From positions 1-39,708 of the IMG/VR virus record IMGVR_UViG_3300037692_000626: DNA of 39,708 bases; one strand, given 5' to 3'. A model generated the notes under the pieces. It made no database searches. It was not told the DNA's origin and worked only from the letters and a program-made list of their open reading frames with translations. Position numbers and translations under genes: made by a program. The stretch is from a virus (taxonomy: Duplodnaviria > Caudoviricetes). Positions 7,418 through 15,614 of the stretch are shown in pieces (within the stretch, counting starts at the first letter, position 1; each line of letters begins with the position of its first letter).

Positions 7418-8305
7418 TCAGATGATCAGCATCTTCGCCGCGAGGTGGATGATCTCGGGCGTGATCGTGGTGTCATTGACCTCGGCCAGCCGGACGGACC
7501 GGACGATCAGGAGGTTCATCCGGCGGTTGTTCCCGCCGCTCTCCCGCAGGAAGTCCTTCCAGAGGCCGTTACTCTGCGGCAGGGCGGTTTTTACGATCGC
7601 CTCGGCGTCGCCCTCCTGGAGCCGCTGGAGGTTCGCCGCGATCCCAACGCGCGAATAGAGCTGGGCGTATTCGCCCTTCTTTCCCCGGAGGTTGTGGACC
7701 AGGCGCGGCATGCCCACCAGGAGGATCCCGATCCCCGCCTTGTCGTAGACCCTTCGCAGGAGCTCCAGCGCGCGGTACGGAAGGTGCTCGGCCTCGTCGA
7801 CGATGATGAGGCGGCCGGATCCGGAGAGCTTGGCCACCACGTCCTCGAACATGTTGTGGACCGTGCCGGTGCCGTCCAGGCCGATGCGGTGATGGAGATC
7901 CGTGAACAGGGACCGGGCCGTGTATCCAAGGTCCGCCTCGACGAGGATCACGTCGGAGTTGCGGGACGCGTACGCCTTGGCCGCCAGGGTCTTGCCGATC
8001 CCCGCCTCCCCGTAGGCCACGCCGATCTCGCCGTCCAGGTGGCAGGTCCGCGCCACCTCGAAGAGCCGGGTCGCCGTGGAAGTCATGACGAACTCGACCA
8101 CCTTTTTACGGCTCTTCGAACGCTCTTTCTGGCGCTGTAGAAACCCCTTTACCGCCTCGTTGAACTTCGGGACATCGCCCTTGTAGGTGCTGGAGAGCCA
8201 TTGGGAGAGCGCGGAGCCCGAGCACCCCAGCGCGCGTGCCACCACGGCCTGGGAAAGCGCCAGCTCCTCCATCAGGTTCTTCAGTTCCTGCTGCAGGTCG
8301 CGCAT
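7418..8305 (-). CDS. MuB-like AAA+ transposition ATPase with N-terminal HTH
   Basis: HTH LSQAVVARALGCSGSALSQWL, Walker A GEAGIGKT, Walker B LIIVDEAEHL, QLYSRVG arginine-finger region. Confidence 0.95.
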   Translation of the reverse strand: MRDLQQELKNLMEELALSQAVVARALGCSGSALSQWLSSTYKGDVPKFNEAVKGFLQRQKERSKSRKKVVEFVMTSTATRLFEVARTCHLDGEIGVAYGEAGIGKTLAAKAYASRNSDVILVEADLGYTARSLFTDLHHRIGLDGTGTVHNMFEDVVAKLSGSGRLIIVDEAEHLPYRALELLRRVYDKAGIGILLVGMPRLVHNLRGKKGEYAQLYSRVGIAANLQRLQEGDAEAIVKTALPQSNGLWKDFLRESGGNNRRMNLLIVRSVRLAEVNDTTITPEIIHLAAKMLII

Positions 8306-8348
8306 GCTTTACTCCTTTCCGGGCCGCCGGAGGCGGCCCCTTGCGTTG

Positions 8349-10406
8349 TCAGGACTGCCCTTCCGCCGCCAGCTTGTCCGACTCGAACATGTAGAGGGTC
8401 TTCTTGAGCCTGGCCGTCGGCACGATCGCGGAGATGTCCATCGTCCCCGCCCGCTCCATCTCGCGGCGTTGGGCGATCACCTCGTCCATGGCCGTCCTGG
8501 CCGGCTCGATCACGGCGCTCTGCTGCGTCCCGGGGACGTACCCGCGCCGCTCGTTCACCGCCTGGATCCCCATGGCGAAATCCTCCATGGCGACCTGGGG
8601 CGCGGGCGCTGAATCCGGATCCGGGAGGAAGGAGCGGACCATCTTCTCGCGGTGGCGGTTGCGGGCCTGCGCCTCCTTCAAGGCGGCCTTGGCCTGGGGC
8701 GTCCTGGCCAGGGCGTCGACCTGCTCGGCGATCACGGCCTGGCCGAGGTACTCGTCGTCCTCCGCCCGGAAGGCCCACGCGTCCTCGTAGCTTTCCGGAT
8801 CGCGGCGCAGGTAGACCTTGGACCCCTTCATCGCGGTCATCCACTCGCCCCAGTAGGTCTTGCCGATCTCGGAGTCCCGCACGCCATTGCGTCCGATGGT
8901 GATGGGGCGGGACGTTCTCATGCAGAAGAGCTTCAAGGCCTCGGCGCCCACCATCCGCGGGACCGGGGCTTCCTTCTCCCACGCCTCGTCGGCGCACATG
9001 CCGCAGAGAACTTTTCCGTCGGAGGGCATCCGGTTGAGGATCCGCTCCACGGCGAAGGAAAGGAGGGAGACGAACTGGTCCCACTCGAGGACCTTCCCGG
9101 TGCGGATCTCCTCGGCGAGCTTCTCCGGCTTCTCCACCGTGTTGCCGCCCCGGTAGCCGGGCAGCCCCTTGGAGACCCATTCCTTGAACTTGAGGAAGGT
9201 CCGCTCGATCGTCTTGGACTGCGCGCGATACGGGAGCGAGAAGTGCGGCTGGATGCCGAGCTGGGCGACCATGGCGGTGGATTTGCCCTGATCCGCAGCG
9301 ATCCGGTGGAGATAGGTGCGTCCGCCCGCGAAGTCCTTGGCCCGGTAATCCTTGCCGTTGTCGATGTAGAGGTCGGTGGGAAGGCCGAACCGCCGGGCCG
9401 CCCGGTAGAAGGACTGAAAGATGTGGTCGGAGTTGGGCGCTTCCGGGTGGGGGAAAAGGTTTAAGATCTTCGTCGTCTTAAAGTCGATCCAGCCGGTCAG
9501 CCAGGGGAAGACGACCTTGCCGCCCGGCAGCCGGACGGCGATGTCGGCCTGGTGGTGATCTCCTACCCAGCATCCGTTCGCCGGAAGGGCGCTTAAGTCC
9601 CTCTCTATATAGGAAGCGTACTTTCGGTTCCAGGCGCCCCGGCCGTGCCGCGCCAGGTAGATCGTCTCCTCGGGGATCTCGCTCTCCAGCCGGCGGAGGA
9701 AGGTGATCGCCGACGGGAAGGTGTCCATGGCGAAGGAGGGATCGGTGCGGCGGGCAAACCCCGCGGTCTTCAACCAGCAGGATTTTACGGAGGGGCCGCC
9801 CTCGATGAGGAAGGCCGTCTTGAAATAGGCGAACCATTCGTCGTGGATTGCGGGGGCGGTTCCCTTGCGGTTCGCCAGACGTCCCCACTTGCCCGCCAGG
9901 CCGATGACGCCCTTCTCCCGGTAGATCTTCCGGGCGGCGACGACGCGCTGGTAGGAGGTGCGGTTGCCTGGATTCTTCGCGTTCCACTCGCCGACGAAGG
10001 CGCGCAGCGCCACGCCCTTCATGCCGGCTCCGGCGGAAATCAAGGAGAGGTATTTGTCAACCGTCCTCCTCGCCCAGGCGGGCAAGGAGGCGTAGACATT
10101 CGATTCGATGTCGATGGCGGCCAGGTCCTCGGCCGGGGTCGGAGGAGCGCCCTCCCGGCGCGCCACCTCTCCGAAGTAGGCCGCGCGGGCTCCCGCGGGG
10201 ATGGCGGGGTCGGTGATGTGGACGAGACATTTCCGCCCGCTGTTGCCGCCACCCTTCGAGGAATCGATGGAATGGATCCGGGTGAACTTCCCCCGGAGCT
10301 TCTTTTTCTTGATGGACGTAAAGTTCCAGCCGGTAAGAGCACTCAAGGTTTGAAAATCAACGTAATCGCGTTCGCAGAGTTGCGCGTCAGGCTGATTTAC
10401 GGGCAC
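8349..10406 (-). CDS. MuA-like DDE transposase
   Basis: WVGDHH (D), LYIDNGKDY (D), AQSKTIERTF (E), followed by a Mu-transposase C-terminal-like region (VYLRRDP...AWAF); adjacent to the MuB-like gene. Confidence 0.95.
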   Translation of the reverse strand: MPVNQPDAQLCERDYVDFQTLSALTGWNFTSIKKKKLRGKFTRIHSIDSSKGGGNSGRKCLVHITDPAIPAGARAAYFGEVARREGAPPTPAEDLAAIDIESNVYASLPAWARRTVDKYLSLISAGAGMKGVALRAFVGEWNAKNPGNRTSYQRVVAARKIYREKGVIGLAGKWGRLANRKGTAPAIHDEWFAYFKTAFLIEGGPSVKSCWLKTAGFARRTDPSFAMDTFPSAITFLRRLESEIPEETIYLARHGRGAWNRKYASYIERDLSALPANGCWVGDHHQADIAVRLPGGKVVFPWLTGWIDFKTTKILNLFPHPEAPNSDHIFQSFYRAARRFGLPTDLYIDNGKDYRAKDFAGGRTYLHRIAADQGKSTAMVAQLGIQPHFSLPYRAQSKTIERTFLKFKEWVSKGLPGYRGGNTVEKPEKLAEEIRTGKVLEWDQFVSLLSFAVERILNRMPSDGKVLCGMCADEAWEKEAPVPRMVGAEALKLFCMRTSRPITIGRNGVRDSEIGKTYWGEWMTAMKGSKVYLRRDPESYEDAWAFRAEDDEYLGQAVIAEQVDALARTPQAKAALKEAQARNRHREKMVRSFLPDPDSAPAPQVAMEDFAMGIQAVNERRGYVPGTQQSAVIEPARTAMDEVIAQRREMERAGTMDISAIVPTARLKKTLYMFESDKLAAEGQS

Positions 10407-10629
10407 GCGTCCCCTCCGACGGATCGGTTTTCTTGAGAAGCCCTTCCTTCTCTAGGTCCCAGAGGATTGCTTTCGCGGTGGGGCCGGGGTTGCCGAAAAT
10501 CCCGTAGAGAATCTTGAAGACGGAGTCCGGCTTGTAGCCGTGCATCCGGGCCCAACCGGAAACGGTCATGCCGCGCTTCCGGAGAATCTTGATCACGTCC
10601 CTGTGTCCCGGTTTCTTCACTGCTTGCAT
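10387..10629 (-). CDS. Ner/Cro-like DNA-binding protein (BcepMu gp16-like)
   Basis: LRKRGMTVSGWARMHGYKPDSVFKILYG HTH; first gene after the early promoter, divergent from the repressor; SD AAGGGGA. Confidence 0.8.
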   Translation of the reverse strand: MQAVKKPGHRDVIKILRKRGMTVSGWARMHGYKPDSVFKILYGIFGNPGPTAKAILWDLEKEGLLKKTDPSEGTRARKSA

Positions 10630-10676
10630 TCCCCTTCGATATGCGTTAAACCTTTTCCCAAACATCTATGAATGGC

Positions 10677-10705
10677 ATAGTATGCGCCTGCGAATAATAT
10701 GTCAA
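10677..10705 (-). promoter_or_regulatory. Early lytic promoter (Pe)
   Basis: Minus strand TTGACA (10705-10700), 17-bp spacer, TACTAT (10682-10677). Confidence 0.85.
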
Positions 10706-10726
10706 GGGAAAATGCGTTAGCGAATA
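10682..10726. promoter_or_regulatory. Two putative repressor operators ATGCG-N3-GCGAATA (10682-10696, 10712-10726)
   Basis: Near-palindromic direct repeats 30 bp apart; the first lies in the Pe spacer. Confidence 0.65.
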
Positions 10727-11373
10727 TGGAGACATACAAAAATCCCTCTTTCGGCGATCGAATTCGTAAATTAAGGGGAGACCTTAACCAGTCTCAATAT
10801 GCCGTAAAGATTGGTGTTACACAGCCAACCGTGACAAAATATGAACGTGGCATGGTTCCGAACGCTGACATTCTCCTGCGAATTGGACGATTGCACAATA
10901 AATCGGTGAAATGGCTGCTCGAAGGCGATGTGTCTTTGGAACGTACGGCAGACATTTCCAGTTACACCCTGATCCCCCTCTACAACGTGGAGGCCTCCGC
11001 CGGTGGAGGAGAGATTCCAATCGACGAGAGCGTCCGGGAATATATCCCCTTGAAGATCGCCTGGCTCAAGGCGGAGCTGCGCGCCGGCGTCTCGGGAGTG
11101 CTCGCGGTCCCGGTCAGCGGCGATTCCATGAAACCAACGATGGCCGACGGGGATCTCGTCCTCATCGAAAAGACCTCCGAGATCCGGGACGACGCCATCT
11201 ACGTTTTCCGGCGGGGCGATCACGTCTACGTCAAGCGGCTCCAAGCCTTGCCCGGCGGGCGTTTCGAGGTGATCAGCGACAACGTCATGTACAAGCCCTA
11301 CACGGTCGATCCCGAGCAGTTCCCGGAATACTCCGTCATCGGCCGCGTGATATGGCACGGACGGAATCTTTAA
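10699..11373 (+). CDS. CI/LexA-like repressor (XRE HTH plus S24 peptidase); start may be 10726
   Basis: FGDRIRKLRGDLNQSQYAVKIGVTQPTVTKYERG HTH; ASAGGG cleavage region; VSGDSMKPT (Ser) and YVKRLQ (Lys). Confidence 0.95.
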   Translation: MSRENALANMETYKNPSFGDRIRKLRGDLNQSQYAVKIGVTQPTVTKYERGMVPNADILLRIGRLHNKSVKWLLEGDVSLERTADISSYTLIPLYNVEASAGGGEIPIDESVREYIPLKIAWLKAELRAGVSGVLAVPVSGDSMKPTMADGDLVLIEKTSEIRDDAIYVFRRGDHVYVKRLQALPGGRFEVISDNVMYKPYTVDPEQFPEYSVIGRVIWHGRNL

Positions 11374-11388
11374 CGATGGAGGTGACGC

Positions 11389-12099
11389 ATGAACAGAAAG
11401 GCAACGTTCCCGATATTCTTGGTCTGTGTTTTTGTGCTGCTCGCCGGTTGCGGCGCCGCGCCTCAAATCGTGCGGCCCGAATTCAAGAGCTCCGACACCT
11501 TCGTTGTGGGCATGGAACAGAAAAAAAGCATCGGTGAGCCGATGGTCGATAAGGTGGCCTTGCATTACTATCCGGGGTTTGTCGCCAAGAACGACTACCT
11601 TCCACCAGGCATGCTCGGCACCCAATTCCCTCTTGTCAAAAGCGGTTCGGAATGGAGCTGCCAGGGCAGGTACGAGGGCGGGAACTATAGATGCAAAGCC
11701 GTGCTCGGATGGGGCCGTGCAAGGGCGCTCGGAGTCGAACAGAATTTTGAATACGACCTCGTCATCACGCCGAGCGGAAATCCATCCGGGGTTGTCGCAG
11801 GGGATATTTATGGAATCAATTCTTTTCCCGATCCTCAGCCCGTCGTCTTCAGGCCTTCCGAGATCGCCCAGCCGGGTTCCTTCCGTCAGGAGCTCCTCTA
11901 CAACGGCAAGAGCAAGGACACGATCCGGATCTCCTACCGTGAATTCAAGGACACTCTTGCTCGCCCGGCTTTTTCCCAAGACCTGTCGTACGACCTGAGC
12001 GAGTCCAGGGAGATCGGCTTCCGCGGGATGATCATCGAAGTGGTCGAAGCCACGAACTCCTACATTCGCTTCCTCGTCCGGAAGCCGATGAGCCAGTGA
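11389..12099 (+). CDS. Lipoprotein moron, probably co-transcribed with the repressor
   Basis: Signal peptide II with lipobox LAGC; SD GGAGG; 15 bp downstream of the repressor. Confidence 0.85.
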   Translation: MNRKATFPIFLVCVFVLLAGCGAAPQIVRPEFKSSDTFVVGMEQKKSIGEPMVDKVALHYYPGFVAKNDYLPPGMLGTQFPLVKSGSEWSCQGRYEGGNYRCKAVLGWGRARALGVEQNFEYDLVITPSGNPSGVVAGDIYGINSFPDPQPVVFRPSEIAQPGSFRQELLYNGKSKDTIRISYREFKDTLARPAFSQDLSYDLSESREIGFRGMIIEVVEATNSYIRFLVRKPMSQ

Positions 12100-12128
12100 C
12101 TCCTCCTGGTGAATAGCACCGGACCGGC

Positions 12129-12650
12129 TCATTTAGACACTACCTCCAGGTTCCGCTTCATCACCGCGACGATCTCCCGACGGTCGTCCTCCATCAGGGC
12201 GAGGAACGGTCTGGCGGGGATCTGCGACCCCGGGGGATTGACGCTTTTCACCGGATGTCTTCCGCCCGCCCAGGCGAGGGCTTTCTTTCCCTTGGGCCGG
12301 ATCACATGAGGGCGGGTCCGTCCGCCGAACTGGTGGATCGCCGCATAGGGCTTGTTGGTCCCGACGGTCGCGGAGGTCGCATCGTAGGATGCGGAGATCG
12401 AGGCGGCCAGGCCGCCGGCGCTTCGGACCAGGATCTGCCCCGGCCAGGTTCCCTTCCGGAGACGCTCCGCGATCGTGCCGGGGGCAAGCGGCGTCCACTT
12501 CGGCCGTCCGCCCTGCTCGAAATTCTCCTCCACGGCGTCCAGCATGATCTGGGAGATCGCCCGCATGGCCGGTTTCAGGTCGGACGCCTTCGCGGCGAGT
12601 TTCTTCAGCATCGACTGGACCTGGCGGTCGTCGACCTTGATCTCGATCAC
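12129..12650 (-). CDS. Mu gpG-like virion morphogenesis (tail completion/neck) protein
   Basis: ENFEQGGRPKWTPL, GGLAASI, VGTNKPYAAIHQFGG, IPARPFL. Start GTG 12650 (MIEIKVDD). Confidence 0.92.
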   Translation of the reverse strand: MIEIKVDDRQVQSMLKKLAAKASDLKPAMRAISQIMLDAVEENFEQGGRPKWTPLAPGTIAERLRKGTWPGQILVRSAGGLAASISASYDATSATVGTNKPYAAIHQFGGRTRPHVIRPKGKKALAWAGGRHPVKSVNPPGSQIPARPFLALMEDDRREIVAVMKRNLEVVSK

Positions 12651-12687
12651 GCTTGATTCCTCTCCCGATCGGGAACACAATGGAAAT

Positions 12688-12784
12688 AGGCCCTGGCGAC
12701 GCGGTGAATCTCCCGGCCGTGCTTCCGTGGCGAAAGCCACGTCAGAGAGCTTTCGGAGGGGTGCGGGAGTCCTCCCCAGGGCCT
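12688..12784 (-). ncRNA. Structured four-way-junction RNA element immediately downstream of the MuF stop codon
   Basis: 9-bp closing stem AGGCCCUGG/CCAGGGCCU, three internal arms, CUCCC/GGGAG loop complementarity; a G-U pair in arm 3 favours the minus strand. Confidence 0.6.
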
Positions 12785-12785
12785 G

Positions 12786-13997
12786 TTACAACTCATCCTT
12801 GATGACCTTTCCCTTCCTCCGGATCGTCGTGATGTCGGATTCCCGCGCCGGCCGGAACGACGTCAGGTAATTCCGCGCGCCGTCCCCCGTGGTCTTGATC
12901 GCCCCGAAGAAGTACTTCTCGTCCACCCGCAGGAACACGAAGGTCTGATCCCCGTCCTGGACGACGAGCTGCGCCTGCTCGAGCAGGACGGGAAGCCGCT
13001 GGTAGTCGGCAAGAGCGAACTCCGGATGAGCGGTCATGTTCTTGGAGAGCGTCTGGTCGGAGAACAGCACGACCCGGGATTTCGATCCGATGGCCTTCAT
13101 GTACGGATCGTCCAGGACCGCGACGGGGAACGTCCCCCCGATCTCGCCCTTGAAAAACCGCGTGAAGTCCGGGCCCGTCACAGCTCCCTCGAGATACTGC
13201 TTCGCCACGTCGTAGTCGTACTTCTCCAGGTCCGGCTGCCAGGCGGCTTTCCCCTGGTTGAAATTGAACCCCGGATCCGGCGCCGTAGAGGCGTCCGTCT
13301 TGGGATTGGTGTAGACCGTGACGGTCTTCATCTCCCCGGTGGCCTTGCTGACCTGCACGTCCTCGTTTATTAAGTTTCCCTCGGAGGACTGCACGGTAAG
13401 CCCCTTCGCATCGAGGCGATCTTGGGAGAGCGCCCGCACGCGGCAGCGGCAGTTGAACGCCAGGGGCGGGTAATGCGTATTCCAGAAGGGGTCGTCGGCC
13501 GTGAAGACCAGGCCGTTCAAGGCGGCGTGCGTGGGCCGGGTCCTTGCGTCCATCACCGCCACGTACATCCAGTACGGCCGCTCCTCCCGGTTCTCCCACA
13601 TGTCGTTCCAGCGCCCGCCCATGTAGGCGCTCTGCAGATTCGTCCGGTAGATCGTCTTTAAGCGCCGGGGGGATCCAAGCTGCACTTCCTTCGCGCCGCC
13701 TTCTCCGTCACCCACCAGCTTTTTCCCCCACCAGCCCTTCGCTTGCAACTTCGGGGTGAGCTCTTCGATGAACTGCCGCTCCGTGATTCCATCGGCGATC
13801 GCCTTCCGTACCCCATCTTTCAGGTCCTGTAGCACGTCCATCCGCATCGCCTTTGCGACGGTGAACGCTTTGGCGTGGGCCTGTTCCCAGGTGTCCTTCC
13901 AGTCCCAGGAGAAGCGGTGTCCCTTGGAGGCGAAGTACTCCACCGCCTTCTCCGGCGCAAGGCCGATGGCGTAGGACAGGTCAGGTTTTTGCGGCAT
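12786..13997 (-). CDS. MuF (gpF/SPP1 gp7) head morphogenesis protein with C-terminal BECR/PBECR2-like nuclease-fold extension
   Basis: HAKAFTVAK, RRLKTIYRTN, DARTRPTH, PPLAFNCRCRV, PDPGF core. Roughly 130-aa extension FPVAVL...HPEF...DYQRLP...GAIKTT...NYLTSFR. Confidence 0.9.
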   Translation of the reverse strand: MPQKPDLSYAIGLAPEKAVEYFASKGHRFSWDWKDTWEQAHAKAFTVAKAMRMDVLQDLKDGVRKAIADGITERQFIEELTPKLQAKGWWGKKLVGDGEGGAKEVQLGSPRRLKTIYRTNLQSAYMGGRWNDMWENREERPYWMYVAVMDARTRPTHAALNGLVFTADDPFWNTHYPPLAFNCRCRVRALSQDRLDAKGLTVQSSEGNLINEDVQVSKATGEMKTVTVYTNPKTDASTAPDPGFNFNQGKAAWQPDLEKYDYDVAKQYLEGAVTGPDFTRFFKGEIGGTFPVAVLDDPYMKAIGSKSRVVLFSDQTLSKNMTAHPEFALADYQRLPVLLEQAQLVVQDGDQTFVFLRVDEKYFFGAIKTTGDGARNYLTSFRPARESDITTIRRKGKVIKDEL

Positions 13998-15555
13998 TGA
14001 TCCGCCCCCAGCTTTCCGATACGAAGATCGCGCGGGTGAGCATCTGCTCGAGGGCGTCGTCCTGCATGTCCGGATACGCCTCGGAGAGGGCGGTCAGGAT
14101 CTCTTCGTGGCTGTTTCCTTTCGTGATCAGATCGAGGACCGGCTTCAAGATCCCCTCCATCTGCGCCTGGAGCTCCTCGGCAGGGATCGACTCGGTCAGA
14201 TCGTCGATCGCCGCCTGGTCCGGGAAAGGCTGCGGCGCCGTCTGTCCCGGATCTGCGAACTGTGCTCCGGAGCAACGGGAGCAGCCGCGGTGCGCGGAAA
14301 ACTTCGCCGGGGGCTGCAGCGGCGCCGGCGGGGGCGCACCGGGAACCGGTGCGGCAGGTACGGGGCCAACCGCCTCGATGTCCTCTTCCTCGAATCCGTA
14401 GGTCTTCGTGAAGTAAATCTTTGAGAACCGCACTCCCGATTCGGTGAGCGTCTTGTCGCGTTTGGACAGGTCGAGATCGACGTCCTCCTCCTGCCACATG
14501 GAAAACGTCGGAGGCTGGGAAGCCGCTCCGAAGTTGAGCTCGTGGATCCAGCCGACGAGCGTGTTCACCGTCTCGATCGCCATGTTCACGTCGGCGTCGA
14601 CGATCTCCTGTTTCACGTCGCCGGCCGTATTCTCTCCGCCGAGCTTGCCCGGCGTGGACTCCGAGGCGCCCGCGTGGCCCAGGATCGCTGTGGAGATTTC
14701 CGAGTTGCACCATTCCACCAGCGCCCGATGCAGGTCCGAGGAAGCTCCCTTGCCGGCGGCCTCGATGATCTCCACGGAGGAGTCGTCGGGGATCACCGCC
14801 ACGGCGTCGGTGACCATCGCCTCGAGCGAGTCCGCCAGGTCGTCGATCTTGGCCTTGTCCGTTCCGCGGGGGAGTTTCCCGATGACCCAGGGGGTGCCGA
14901 ACCGCTCGACGAAGTTCACCCAGAATTTCAGGCCCCCCTTCTTGAAGGTCACCGGCCAAAAAACACGCGACAGCGCGCGCTCCCCGTAGGGGTTTTCGTA
15001 GGAGCCGTTGAAGACGGAGCACAGGAACTTCTTCTCCGGCACCGGGCTGCCGTTGGGGTTGCTCTTCGTGCGCAGGAGCAGCTCGTTCTCGTTTCCGAAG
15101 GCGAACCACTCCCGGGGCTTCGCGACCACGTCTCTGGGCAGGATCAGGCCGCCGACGTTCTCCCAGAGGACCTCGAGCGGCTGATACCCGAAGTAGGCGG
15201 CGTCCAATACTTGCGAGAGAATCCGGTTGACTTTCAGCCGGGCGAAGAGCTCGGCGATCGCCTTGGCGGGGCGGGACTTGGCCTTGCCCCGGTCGATCCC
15301 CCACTCCATCGAGAGCACCCCCGCCTTGCGGCTGGCGATGTTCGACCCCACGCGCGCGTCGGTGGTGAGTTCCCGGTAGACCTTCTGGTCCTTGCCCATC
15401 TTCCGCAGGACCGGATCCGGGTCGGGCAGGTACATCCCCAGGGAGTAGAAATCGATCGCCCCGTTCCGCGTGGCGATCTCCTGGAAGAGGGAGGTCTTCT
15501 TCGAGTCGGCGAAACTTATGAAGTCGCGATCGTTCAGCCAGATGCCTTTTGCCAT
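13981..15555 (-). CDS. Portal protein (Mu gp29/DUF935 family)
   Basis: LPDPDPVLRK, DAAYFGYQPLEVLW, NPYGERALS, FWVNFVERFGTPWVIGK, NSEISTAILG; follows terminase. Confidence 0.93.
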   Translation of the reverse strand: MAKGIWLNDRDFISFADSKKTSLFQEIATRNGAIDFYSLGMYLPDPDPVLRKMGKDQKVYRELTTDARVGSNIASRKAGVLSMEWGIDRGKAKSRPAKAIAELFARLKVNRILSQVLDAAYFGYQPLEVLWENVGGLILPRDVVAKPREWFAFGNENELLLRTKSNPNGSPVPEKKFLCSVFNGSYENPYGERALSRVFWPVTFKKGGLKFWVNFVERFGTPWVIGKLPRGTDKAKIDDLADSLEAMVTDAVAVIPDDSSVEIIEAAGKGASSDLHRALVEWCNSEISTAILGHAGASESTPGKLGGENTAGDVKQEIVDADVNMAIETVNTLVGWIHELNFGAASQPPTFSMWQEEDVDLDLSKRDKTLTESGVRFSKIYFTKTYGFEEEDIEAVGPVPAAPVPGAPPPAPLQPPAKFSAHRGCSRCSGAQFADPGQTAPQPFPDQAAIDDLTESIPAEELQAQMEGILKPVLDLITKGNSHEEILTALSEAYPDMQDDALEQMLTRAIFVSESWGRINAAKT

Positions 15556-15582
15556 GGTTTTTCGTCCCCTTTTGAAAGGGCG

Positions 15583-15614
15583 TTAATATCCGATTAATAT
15601 CCGATTAATATCCG
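15583..15614. repeat. 11-bp tandem repeat TTAATATCCGA x3 duplicating the terminase stop region
   Basis: 15583-15593, 15594-15604, 15605-15614. Confidence 0.9.

Noticed and set aside
12688-12784. Canonical tRNA, simple terminator or known self-cleaving ribozyme
   Set aside because: No TTCGA T-loop, no 7-nt anticodon loop, CCA not at the discriminator position, only a short U-run, and no hammerhead, twister or pistol core recognised by eye. Kept as an unknown structured RNA.
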